Part shown: piece after piece, positions 8,945 through 17,637 of the stretch
How positions within the stretch are numbered: position 1 is the first letter of the stretch
How the letters are laid out: each line of letters opens with the position of its first letter
Origin: Candidatus Multivorans sp.
Lineage (GTDB): Bacteria > Acidobacteriota > Thermoanaerobaculia > Multivoradales > Multivoraceae
DNA: 64,000 nt
Reading direction: 5' to 3'
NCBI GenBank assembly: GCA_965247095.1
Contig: OZ251997.1
Coordinates: forward strand, 4,288,001-4,352,000
Notes under the pieces: model-generated
What the model was told of the DNA's origin: nothing
Databases searched by the model: none
Seen by the model: only the letters and a program-made list of their open reading frames with translations
Translations under genes and position numbers: made by a program

Positions 8945-9400
8945 TCAGTTCGCGCACAGTCGGGGTTGCCGCAGCAGCCAGCGGCGGCATTCGGATCCCT
9001 TTCCCTCCGGGTACACCTTGCCACGCGGGTCGGCAAGGTGTTTCTCGTTCTTGAAGTCCTCGCGCAGGGCCTCGTCGCGCGAGTAGAGGAGCCTCGCCCC
9101 GCTCAGCCGGGCAAGGGCGAGAACGTGCTGGTCGTTGGATCGAACGGTCTCCTGGGAAGCCAACACGTGCGCTTCCTCGTTCACCAGAGCGTCCGGAATG
9201 TCCTTGGCGCTGCCTCGGAGCAAAGCCTGACGCAGCCATTCTCTGAACGATTCGTGACTGGTAAGTTCCTGGCGCAAGCGGCCGCCTACGGTCAAGCGCC
9301 CCCTACCCGACTCGATCCAGAGCCTGAACTCCCTCGCTCCGGGTGGGGGGTCACTCGTGAACACGGCGGAAACCGCGCTCGCGTCGAGAATTGCGCACAC
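8945..9400 (-). CDS. PIN-like domain protein (putative RNase toxin)
   Basis: Acidic residues in PIN order: ILDAS, RQEL, SNDQHVLALA, LYSRDEAL. Starts 5 nt after the ATPase stop. Confidence 0.7.
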   Translation of the reverse strand: MCAILDASAVSAVFTSDPPPGAREFRLWIESGRGRLTVGGRLRQELTSHESFREWLRQALLRGSAKDIPDALVNEEAHVLASQETVRSNDQHVLALARLSGARLLYSRDEALREDFKNEKHLADPRGKVYPEGKGSECRRWLLRQPRLCAN

Positions 9401-9405
9401 GACCG

Positions 9406-10773
9406 CTACAGCCCGATCGACCGATTCGTCTCTTCCATGAAGAACCGGCGGTAACTGGGCGGCGCGCCCAGAATGTTCCCGGCGTCATCAATCCGTAGAG
9501 AGTGGATGCGCACCTCCAACTCCCAGCGCTCGAAGAACAGAATCGAGACGTCTTCGGGTTTCAGACCGGTGGTTCCGTCGCGGATGTCCATGCGCACCCG
9601 GTCGATCAGGTGGTCACCGTGGGTCTCGACGATCAACTGCTTCCCGTGCGCGGCCACGCTGCAGAAGAGCGAGCCGAGAGCGGCTTGGGCGCTTGGATGG
9701 AGGTGGACCTCCGGTTGCTGCAGGAGGAACATGCCTGGCGCATCCGAGCGGAGGAGCTCCGTGATGACAGGAAGCACCTGACTGACGCCATAGCCCACGT
9801 CGGTCAGATTCCTCCACGGTCCCTTGAGCCGCCGGCTTCCCGATTTTCTGACCTGAATCTGGAAGGGCTCGCTGCTCGTCTTCCCGAGGCGCCTGACGCG
9901 CATCTCGTCGAAGAGTCCTGAAGACTGTCCGAAGTCTTCGAGGGCGCGGTGCAATGCCCTCCAGTTCCCCTGGCTGCGTTGCGCCATGTCCGCGAGGTAC
10001 ATGGGAACGGCTTCTCCCTCGGGATCTCGGGTCAAGCGTGATGGGTCATAGGTGCGGCGTGGCTTTGAACGGACCGGTGCGCTTGCATAGGGTTGGCCGT
10101 GAGACAACACGCTAGTGCCGAGAACGGCGATTCTCATTATGTGCTTGCGGTCTTCCGCGGTAGGGAGTCTTGGGCCGCACAGGCTGATCCAGCCCGAATC
10201 TGACGCGTTCCTGTCGCCGTTCTTCCCGGATAGCAGAGTATCCAGCACGAAGATCAAGGGTGTCAGAATGCGCCGCTCATAGAAGGGAAGGCTGGGGTCG
10301 AAATCGGGTTTGAGGTTGCAGCTCCAATGCCCGTTCGAAGTCCCGACAGTGACTTCCTCGTCATGCACATCGAGGTGGATGAACGCATCGCGGTAGGAGA
10401 CATGTCTCTTGCTGAGTGCTGGTTGGTTGCGATCTCGCGCGAACGTGAAGTCGAAGGAGCACTCTTCCTTCCGGCGCGAAGGATCCTCAGTCGGTGGGAG
10501 GACGTTGGCGGTGTACCCGGCCTCGAAGGCGGTTGCGCGACTGCCCCTCGCTCCTCGGTGATGCGCGATCTCGTCGAAGCTGCCGAGATCGTATGGGGCT
10601 TCCTTGAAGTCCGGCAGTTCGTGGCGGTAGCCGAGATCCCACAGTGCGCGGATCAGCGCCAGGAAGGAGGTCTTGCCGGTGCTGTTCTCGCCGACGAGGA
10701 GAGTGAGCGGGGCCAGCCGCGCGGTTTGTTCGTCGCGAAAGCAGCGGTAGCCGCGGAGTCTGATCTCGTTCAT
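9406..10773 (-). CDS. ABC-type (AAA_21/AAA_15, DUF3696-like) ATPase
   Basis: LRGYRCF...LAPLTLLVGENSTGKTS (Walker A); signature-like DVGYGVSQVLP; FLLQQPEVHLHP; IVETHGDHL. Start at ATG 10773; the ORF-track extension overlaps imuB. Confidence 0.9.
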   Translation of the reverse strand: MNEIRLRGYRCFRDEQTARLAPLTLLVGENSTGKTSFLALIRALWDLGYRHELPDFKEAPYDLGSFDEIAHHRGARGSRATAFEAGYTANVLPPTEDPSRRKEECSFDFTFARDRNQPALSKRHVSYRDAFIHLDVHDEEVTVGTSNGHWSCNLKPDFDPSLPFYERRILTPLIFVLDTLLSGKNGDRNASDSGWISLCGPRLPTAEDRKHIMRIAVLGTSVLSHGQPYASAPVRSKPRRTYDPSRLTRDPEGEAVPMYLADMAQRSQGNWRALHRALEDFGQSSGLFDEMRVRRLGKTSSEPFQIQVRKSGSRRLKGPWRNLTDVGYGVSQVLPVITELLRSDAPGMFLLQQPEVHLHPSAQAALGSLFCSVAAHGKQLIVETHGDHLIDRVRMDIRDGTTGLKPEDVSILFFERWELEVRIHSLRIDDAGNILGAPPSYRRFFMEETNRSIGL

Positions 10774-10924
10774 GGGTCGTTGACTTCTTGGCGCGGCGGC
10801 CAGCGCCGGCGGGACCGTGCCGGCTGTGAGATGTCTGTTCCGATCCTGTTGTGCCGCTGGGGGTGGGTGCCGGTGGGGTGTTCGGCTGACCTTGGTGCCA
10901 CCACGCCCCAGACCAGCCGCTACC

Positions 10925-12475
10925 TTAATCGTACACCCCGTCCGCGAACCACCGCTCCGACCTCCGGTCGCGGTAGATCCGGCACACGGCGCCGTTCCGC
11001 AGTTCCACGTCCCAGTAGTCCCGCAGGGCCGGGGCCTCTCGCCACCAGCCCTCCTCGATCTCCCAGGGACCGGCGGCGGTGCGGACGGGGCCCTCGATGC
11101 GGACGTGGCGTTCATCGCTCGGCAGGGGGTTGATCTGCACCGGTTCGGGGCAGGGCGTGGAGGCCTCGACCGTCAGCACCTCGACCTCGAGTGGCGGCCG
11201 CAGGGTGCGGACCGCCAGCATGCCGCGGCCCGGACGGGGTTCGAGCCGGATGCGTGGCGGTGGGGGCGGGTCGTAGTCGGCCAGCCGGAAGCGTTCCGGC
11301 AGGTGGCCGTTCCTGGTGCGTGGCGAGCCGACCCGGTTCGGGCCGAGCAGGGCGAGCAGCCGGGCGGTGACGGCGGCCAGACGGTCGGGCGACAGGGCGG
11401 CCGGACCGAGCAGGCTGAGTTGAGCTTGGCGCGGTACATCGGGGTGGGCCGCTAGCTGCATGCCGAGAATCGGCGCTCGCGGTGGCGCCGCCTCCAGGTT
11501 GAGACGGATCAGGGACAGCAGCGTTCGGGCCTCACGCGTGGGCGCCGGCAGCTCGATTGCAAGTTCGTGGAAGCCTTCGGGTTCTAGCTTGAGCGACAGT
11601 TCGAGCCGCTTGCAGCCCATGCCCCGGGCTTCGAGCCGGGCGGTGAGCCGTTCGACCGCGCCGCGGGCGACGAACAGGAACGGTTCCAGGTTGTCGATCG
11701 GCCACTCGAAGGTCTGCGACTCGCGGAAGGTGGGCGGCGGCGGACGGGGAGTGAGCGGCGCCGGATCGACGCCCCGGGCGGCGGCATGGAGCGCCGTTCC
11801 GCGCCCGCCGAGACGGCTGTGGACCTCGCCAGCCGGCAGGCCGGCCAGATCGCCGACGGTGCGCAGGCCCCAGAGCTTCAGCGTGTGGAGGATCTCCTGG
11901 TCGTCGCCGTCCGGCGCCGTGCCGCCGGAACCGCCGCCGCTTTCGAGCAGGGAGTTGAGCGGCAACGGCGCCAGGAACCGGGCTTCGCCGCGTGGCGCCA
12001 CGACGTTCGGCGACCGCGGCAGGGCGGCCGCGGCCCGCGCCGCGAGCTTGCTGCCGGCGATGCCGACCCGCCCGGGCAGGCCGGCGGCATCCATGTCCCG
12101 CATCATCGTCTGGCCGAGGCTGTGCTCGTCATCGACCGCGATGTCGAGGTAGACCATGCCCTCACCGCCGTCCTCGACCCGGGGCGAGAAGGCGCCGGCG
12201 ATCTCGAGCAGCACTTCCTGCGCGGTGTGTTCGCGCTCCGGGTCGCGGACACGGTCGACCAGGCCGGATTCGATGTTCCGGGCCTGGGTCACGGTCAGCC
12301 CCGGCCGCACTCCCGCGCGGCGCGCCAACCGGGAAGCGGCGACGATCCGCGCCGAGGGGCCTTCGTGGACCACGACCGCTTCGCGGGCGAGTTCCGGCGC
12401 CCCCCGCAGGTAGGCCGCCAATGGAAACAACGCCGCCCTGATGCAGGCGATGCGGGACCTGCGTTTAGCCGGCAC
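10925..12475 (-). CDS. imuB: ImuB, catalytically inactive Y-family polymerase
   Basis: AFSPRVEDGGEGMVYLD, WGLRTVGDLAGLP; C-terminal GPWEIEEGWW...RDYWDVEL...W...GVYD; overlaps the imuA end. Confidence 0.93.
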   Translation of the reverse strand: MPAKRRSRIACIRAALFPLAAYLRGAPELAREAVVVHEGPSARIVAASRLARRAGVRPGLTVTQARNIESGLVDRVRDPEREHTAQEVLLEIAGAFSPRVEDGGEGMVYLDIAVDDEHSLGQTMMRDMDAAGLPGRVGIAGSKLAARAAAALPRSPNVVAPRGEARFLAPLPLNSLLESGGGSGGTAPDGDDQEILHTLKLWGLRTVGDLAGLPAGEVHSRLGGRGTALHAAARGVDPAPLTPRPPPPTFRESQTFEWPIDNLEPFLFVARGAVERLTARLEARGMGCKRLELSLKLEPEGFHELAIELPAPTREARTLLSLIRLNLEAAPPRAPILGMQLAAHPDVPRQAQLSLLGPAALSPDRLAAVTARLLALLGPNRVGSPRTRNGHLPERFRLADYDPPPPPRIRLEPRPGRGMLAVRTLRPPLEVEVLTVEASTPCPEPVQINPLPSDERHVRIEGPVRTAAGPWEIEEGWWREAPALRDYWDVELRNGAVCRIYRDRRSERWFADGVYD

Positions 12476-13349
12476 GCCTCAGCACCTCGGCGGGCGAGCC
12501 GGAGCGGCTGGTTTCCGTCGATCGAGGCGGTGCGACGGGCAGGGGGCGCCGCAGGCTGCCGGTGAGAACGCGCAGTTCGACGTCGGCGGCCGCGCCCGGC
12601 CGTTCGCCGCGCGACTTGGCGAGTTCCAGGCGGGTCGCGAGTCCGTCGAGCAACCGCGGGCTCCTCGGCGCGGCCTGCGCCCAGAGAGCGCGAACGGGGG
12701 GCGTCTCGCCCCCTGGGAACGCGGGCGTCTCGCCCGCATTCCGGACCGGCGACGTGCGCGATCCCAGGTCGATGATTTTCTGCGGCGCCGTGCCGCCGGC
12801 GCGGTACGGGCTGGCGATCAGCAGTGCCGTCTGATGATCCTCCGCCGCGCGGCGCAGCCGCAGCCACGCGGACTCCTTGCCGCGGCCGCCGGGCACCGGG
12901 GGCAGTCCGAGATCGATCGCGACCAGGGGAAAGCCGCCGCCGATCAGCACTTCGGCGCTGCCCAGCGCCTGCTTCAGCCGCTTGGGCCGCGCCCAGAGCA
13001 GTCGTTCGAGGACGACTCCGGCCCGCGCCGCTGCCTGCGGATCGAAGTGATCTCCCAGATCGACCAGCGCCGCCGATTCACCGCTCTGGGTGGCGCCGGC
13101 CAGAAGCTCCAGCACCAGGGAGAAGCGGCCGCTGCTTCGAGGGCCGACCAGCTCGACCGTCTGCCCGCGACAGATCCCGCCGCCGAGCAACCGGTCGACG
13201 CCAGAAAGCCGCGTGGCGAACAGTTCAGCGTCCGTCTCCTGAATACTGATCGCGGGACTGTCGCCCACCAGCTCCCGCCCGCGCCGGATCTGGCGCACCA
13301 GCGACCGCGGCCACTGCGGGTCGGTGAGAGCTGCGGGCAGGGAAGTCAC
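12465..13349 (-). CDS. imuA: ImuA, RecA-like mutagenesis protein
   Basis: TRLSGVDRLLGGGICRGQTVELVGPRSSGRFSL, ALVDLGDHFDP, AGVVLERLLWARP. Start uncertain (GTG 13349 or TTG 13409). Confidence 0.9.
   Translation of the reverse strand: MTSLPAALTDPQWPRSLVRQIRRGRELVGDSPAISIQETDAELFATRLSGVDRLLGGGICRGQTVELVGPRSSGRFSLVLELLAGATQSGESAALVDLGDHFDPQAAARAGVVLERLLWARPKRLKQALGSAEVLIGGGFPLVAIDLGLPPVPGGRGKESAWLRLRRAAEDHQTALLIASPYRAGGTAPQKIIDLGSRTSPVRNAGETPAFPGGETPPVRALWAQAAPRSPRLLDGLATRLELAKSRGERPGAAADVELRVLTGSLRRPLPVAPPRSTETSRSGSPAEVLRRAG
12692..12739. repeat. Two tandem REP-like palindromes inside the imuA reading frame
   Basis: GAACGGGGGGC-GTCTC-GCCCCC followed by TGGGAACGCGGGC-GTCTC-GCCCGCAT; translated as NAGETPAFPGGETPPV. 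Confidence 0.7.
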
Positions 13350-13487
13350 GGCGCCGAGGGACGCGAAACGCGAGAAGCGGGAAGGTGGGAAGAGAGCATC
13401 ATAGCGCAACTAGGGCGTAAACAGGAAGCTCACTTGCTGCGGCGTTCGCCGCTGCGCATAGGCCCGTACAACGGCCACTGATGGATC

Positions 13488-13606
13488 GTGTTAAAACTTG
13501 GGAGCCAAAAGTTAATAACTCGAACCCATATTCAACCTTCCCGCTGTGGTAAAACTTATCCTCTAACTCTTCATAGTCGGTTGGCCAATGCAGAGTTGTT
13601 CAACTG
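13488..13606. promoter_or_regulatory. AT-rich region with repeated AACT/AGTT motifs upstream of the fic gene
   Basis: GTTAAAACT, AGTTA-A-TAACT (13510-13520), GGTAAAACT, AGTTG-TT-CAACT (13594-13605). Confidence 0.45.
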
Positions 13607-13633
13607 AGCTGAGGTCAGGAGTCGGACCACTCG

Positions 13634-14791
13634 ATGGAACGTCCAACACCGGGTCGCTACGAAGTCACCGTCGGGGGAGGCGAGCAGGTGCGCGCCTTCA
13701 TTCCAGCGCCCCTGCCGCCGCAACCCCCGCTGAACCTCGAAGGCCCCCTGCTGCGATCCCTGGAAGCCGCCAGTCTCGCCCTTGGGCGGCTGGAGGGAGC
13801 GAATCAACTCCTGGAGCCGACGCTCTTCGTCTACTCCTACGTCCGCAAGGAGGCGGTGCTGTCCTCCCAGATTGAGGGCACTCAGTCGTCGCTCTCCGAT
13901 CTCCTGCTGTTCGAGCTCGACCAGGCGCCGGGCGTGCCGCGCGCCGATGCGGCCGAGGTCTCACGCTACGTTGCTGCCCTGGAACACGGCCTGAAACGCC
14001 TTGGCGAGAACTTCCCCCTCTCGAACCGTCTGATCCGTGAACTACACGGCATCCTGCTGTCTGCCGGCCCCGGCGCGAGCAAGGCTCCGGGTGAGTTTCG
14101 CCGCTCCCAGAATTGGATCGGTGGCACCCGTCCTGGCAACGCCGTCTTCGTGCCACCTCCGCACCTCGCTGTGCCCGACTGCATGGCGGACCTTGAGCGC
14201 TTTCTGCACGCCAGGGACGACGGTTTGCCGACCTTGGTTCAAGCTGGCTTGGCCCATGTGCAGTTCGAGACGATCCACCCCTTCCTCGACGGCAACGGCC
14301 GCGTAGGCCGGCTGCTCATCACCCTGCTGTTGTGTGAAGCCGGGGTGCTGAGCCAGCCGCTCCTCTACCTCAGCGTCTACTTTAAACGCCACCGGGACCA
14401 GTACTACGAACTGCTCGACCGCGTCCGTCACACCGGCGATTGGGAGTCCTGGCTGGCGTTCTTTCTTGAGGGTGTACAAGAGACGGCCGAGAATGCCGCG
14501 GCGACAGCGCGGCGCCTCACCGAACGGTTCACGGCCGACCGGGAACGCATCGCAGCCGAGAGTCGCCGAGCCGGCTCGGCGCTTCGCGTCCACGAGGCTT
14601 TCCAGGAACGTCCTATCCTCTCCATTCCCGAGACGTGCAAGCGCACCGGCCTCTCGTTTCCGGCCGTTTCTGCCGCTCTGAGACTCCTGGAACGCGCTGA
14701 CCTCGTCCGAGAGATCACCGGCTTCAGCCGGAACCGGGTGTACGTCTACAGCGAGTATCTGAGGATCCTGAACGAGGGCGTGGAGACCTAG
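13634..14791 (+). CDS. Fic/DOC family protein with N-terminal inhibitory helix and C-terminal wHTH
   Basis: Canonical HPFLDGNGRVGR; KEAVLSSQIEGT; C-terminal LVREITGFSRNRVYVY. Confidence 0.95.
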   Translation: MERPTPGRYEVTVGGGEQVRAFIPAPLPPQPPLNLEGPLLRSLEAASLALGRLEGANQLLEPTLFVYSYVRKEAVLSSQIEGTQSSLSDLLLFELDQAPGVPRADAAEVSRYVAALEHGLKRLGENFPLSNRLIRELHGILLSAGPGASKAPGEFRRSQNWIGGTRPGNAVFVPPPHLAVPDCMADLERFLHARDDGLPTLVQAGLAHVQFETIHPFLDGNGRVGRLLITLLLCEAGVLSQPLLYLSVYFKRHRDQYYELLDRVRHTGDWESWLAFFLEGVQETAENAAATARRLTERFTADRERIAAESRRAGSALRVHEAFQERPILSIPETCKRTGLSFPAVSAALRLLERADLVREITGFSRNRVYVYSEYLRILNEGVET

Positions 14792-14952
14792 GAGGAGAAG
14801 GCGGGAGGGCAGGCGCCCGCGACACTCGTGCGCCCCGCGTTTCGGGTTACCATCGTCGTCGCCCGGTTCGGCGCGTAAGCGGCCGACGGGCGGTCCTGAC
14901 CTTGCCAGCATGAGCGGACCCTCTCGCGGCGCCGATTGCGGTGGAGGAGACG

Positions 14953-15666
14953 ATGACGACGAGGAATGCACCTGAAGAGAGCCGCGGCGCTCCCGGTACG
15001 CCGGAGGAGATCTGGGCGATTCTGCGGCACACTTCCGACCTGATGGCGGAGAGCGATGCCAGGATGGTCGAGGTCAGAGAGGGCATGAAGGAGACCGATC
15101 GGCTGCTGAAGGCACAGGCGAAGGAGACCGACCGGCTGCTGAAGGAACAGGCGAGGGAGGCTGACCGGCGGTTCAGGGAGACCGACCGCCAGATGCAGGA
15201 GACGGACCGGCGGCTCAAGAAGGCGGAAGGCCTGTTCACGTCCCAGTGGGGCAAGTTGATGGAGAGCTTGGTCGAGGGCGACCTCGTACCCCTGCTGAAG
15301 AAGCGGGGTATCGCGGTGGAAGGGACTTTGCAGAGATTCGAAGGGAGGCGGAACGGACAGCACTTCGAGATCGACATCCTCGCTTTGAACAGCACGGAAG
15401 TTGTCGTCGTCGAGGTCAAGACGACACTCAGGCCCGGAGACGTCACCCGCTTCGTGGAGAAGCTGTCGCGGTTCGCGGAGTGGTTCCCGGCGTACCGGGA
15501 ACATCGGATCTACGGCGCGGTGGCGTATCTCCAGAGCGACAGCTCGGTAACGAAGTACGCGGAGCGGCAAGGGCTGTTCGTCATCCGTGCCACCGGCAGC
15601 AGCGCCAGCATCGTCAACGAGGCGGACTTCGAACCCCGCGTCTTCTCGGGTTCGCTTCCCGCTTGA
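14953..15666 (+). CDS. Coiled-coil repeat + PD-(D/E)XK nuclease-like protein (DUF3782/DUF1626-like)
   Basis: ETDR repeats, then WGKLMESLVE...FEIDILALN...VVVEVKTTL. RBS GGAGGAG before ATG 14953. Confidence 0.8.
   Translation: MTTRNAPEESRGAPGTPEEIWAILRHTSDLMAESDARMVEVREGMKETDRLLKAQAKETDRLLKEQAREADRRFRETDRQMQETDRRLKKAEGLFTSQWGKLMESLVEGDLVPLLKKRGIAVEGTLQRFEGRRNGQHFEIDILALNSTEVVVVEVKTTLRPGDVTRFVEKLSRFAEWFPAYREHRIYGAVAYLQSDSSVTKYAERQGLFVIRATGSSASIVNEADFEPRVFSGSLPA
15088..15216 (+). repeat. Intragenic tandem repeats (2 x 33 nt + 3 x 21 nt)
   Basis: aaggagaccga(t/c)cggctgctgaagg(c/a)acaggcg twice, then three degenerate 21-mers encoding xE(T/A)DRxx. Confidence 0.85.
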
Positions 15667-15693
15667 TCTCACCGACCTTCCGGCCCAGCCTAG

Positions 15694-17637
15694 GCCGAAG
15701 TTCTGGTGCCCAAGTCGTGAAACTCCTGCAATGACGGTGTTTTTTTGGATATGGGTGTGTTGTCTACTGGGTACGGTTGGTCATGGTCGGTAGGTTGAGG
15801 AGGCTGAATGCCTCGGCCTGGAGGGGTGTCGGTCTGGCCAGGACATCCGCGGTGGCGTTCTCGTGGCCCTGCATTTGGACGCGATTTCGGGTCAGGGTGG
15901 CCAGGTCGGCGAGCAGGGTCTGGAAGCTGTGGACGGGTAGTCCTTGCGGTGTGCGCTTGGCGCTCGCCTTGGCGCGGGCTGCGGGGGACCGGCGAGCCGG
16001 CTGGACGGGCGAGGAGCGTTGGTCCCTTGGGTCGTCGTCGTCGAAGAGCAAGGGAGCGAGAAGGCGTCGCATGTGCCACTCGACGTAGTAGGCGAGCATG
16101 CACAGAAAGACGTGGGCTCGCACTCTGTCGGCCAGGCGATGGTGGACGGGCCGCACCTTGAGGTCGACGCTCTTGTAGCTGCGGAAGGCGCGCTCGACGC
16201 GGCTGAGGCTCTTGTAGGCCCGGACCGCCTCCGGCGCCGGGAGGTCGGCCTCGGCCACGTTGGTGCGGATGACGTAGAAGCCGTCGAGGGCGGCCTCTTC
16301 GGCGATCCGCGTCTGATTGCGGCAGTAGCGGAAGCCGTCTTCGTCGATCTCGGTGTCGAAGTGCTTGCCGACCTTGTGGGCGCGCAGGGCGCGGTCGGCG
16401 CGGGCGGCGATCTTGTCCTTGCCCCGCAGGGGGCGCTGTGGGCGCCTTGTCGCTTCGGCGACGGCCTCCAGCTTGCGCTCGGTGGCGTCGAGAAGCTCCT
16501 GGCGCTTGCGGCGCCGCCTGGTTGCCAGCAGCGGGTTCCGGCACACGATCAGCCGCTCTGCGGGGTACAGCTCGGGGGCGCTCAGTTCGGCCATGTCCCG
16601 TTCGTCGAAGATCGACAGTTGCAGGTGGCCCTGCTGCACCAGGGTGCGGATCGCGGGCGCGCGCAGGGCGGTGATCCACGACAGGCCGCCGGGTTCGAGG
16701 TCTTCGCGGATGCGGGCGCTGGTGAGCAGGCCCCGATCGCCGACCATGACCACGCGGTCGAGCGAGAAGCGCTCGTTGAGCTTCTGCACTTGGGCACTCA
16801 GCGTGCCGGGATCGGCGGTGTTGCCTTCGAAGACCTCGACCGCGACCGGGCATCCGTCCCGGTTGCAGAGCAGCGGGAAGACGATCTGGGGCTTGCCCGG
16901 CTTGCCGTCCTTGGAGTACCCGCGCCGGGCGAGGGCGCATTTCGCGCCCTCGAAGTAGACCGAGGTCACGTCGCACAAGACGAGGCAACCGTCATTGAGG
17001 TGCTGTTCGGCCAGCCGTCGCTCGATGCGTTGCTGCCGTTTGAGCAGCCAATCCATGGCGGAGTAGAGCTCGTCGGCGCCCGCCTCCTCGACTCCGAGTT
17101 CCTCGCCGAGGGTGTGGGACGAGGTCTCGCTTGAGAGTCCGCGTGCGGTGGCGAGCTTGGAGCGAGGTTCGAGGATGCGGGCGATGATCATGGCGAGCGC
17201 GAGCGCCCGTTCGCGCGAGGGTCGGCGGTCGAGGAGTGTCTCGAGGCCGCGTCGTCGCGCGGCGCCGAGCGTGGCGGCGACATGACCGTGGGGCCTGGAG
17301 CGCAGGATTTCGAAGGCGGAGTCGAGGGAGGGCAGTGCGACGCCGCCCTTGAGGAGAGTGCGCAGGCCCTCAACGAGATGATCGGGCCACTTGGAGAGGT
17401 TGGCGAGTGTCCGTTTGCAGACTCTTCCGTGCTCTCGGTAGGACTCGCGCAGGAGCACGGCGGGTGGCGAGTTGCGGTTGGGTACGCGTTCGATGTACAT
17501 GGCTTCTATTGTAGCTTCATCATATCTCCATGTCTACCGCACTTGACCATGCTACATGGGTACACTATGCGGCCAGGAAACCGCAAAACCCTAGGCGCGG
17601 CAACGATCCGCGACACTCAGGCCCCCAGAACTTCGGC
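15694..17637 (-). mobile_element. IS1634-family insertion sequence, copy A
   Basis: Terminal IRs GCCGAAGTTCTGG...CCAGAACTTCGGC; CTAG on both flanks (15690-15693, 17638-17641). Confidence 0.92.
15764..17500 (-). CDS. IS1634-family DDE transposase
   Basis: MYIERVPNRNSPPAVLLRES N-terminus; DVTSVYFEG, VGDRG, VERAFRSYK (D-D-E); VRAHVFLCMLAYYVEWHMR. Confidence 0.95.
   Translation of the reverse strand: MYIERVPNRNSPPAVLLRESYREHGRVCKRTLANLSKWPDHLVEGLRTLLKGGVALPSLDSAFEILRSRPHGHVAATLGAARRRGLETLLDRRPSRERALALAMIIARILEPRSKLATARGLSSETSSHTLGEELGVEEAGADELYSAMDWLLKRQQRIERRLAEQHLNDGCLVLCDVTSVYFEGAKCALARRGYSKDGKPGKPQIVFPLLCNRDGCPVAVEVFEGNTADPGTLSAQVQKLNERFSLDRVVMVGDRGLLTSARIREDLEPGGLSWITALRAPAIRTLVQQGHLQLSIFDERDMAELSAPELYPAERLIVCRNPLLATRRRRKRQELLDATERKLEAVAEATRRPQRPLRGKDKIAARADRALRAHKVGKHFDTEIDEDGFRYCRNQTRIAEEAALDGFYVIRTNVAEADLPAPEAVRAYKSLSRVERAFRSYKSVDLKVRPVHHRLADRVRAHVFLCMLAYYVEWHMRRLLAPLLFDDDDPRDQRSSPVQPARRSPAARAKASAKRTPQGLPVHSFQTLLADLATLTRNRVQMQGHENATADVLARPTPLQAEAFSLLNLPTMTNRTQ

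Noticed and set aside
2382-10773. Integron-like cassette array between imuB and dnaE2
   Set aside because: Genes lie on both strands, I found no recurring attC-like sequence in the gaps, and there is no integrase.
14801-14827. Reverse-orientation REP copy after fic (GCGGGAGGGCAGGCGCCCGC)
   Set aside because: Too degenerate to distinguish from a chance GC-rich hairpin.
15088-15216. Possible CRISPR array
   Set aside because: The repeats are contiguous with no unique spacers, lie in frame within a coding sequence, and no cas genes are present.
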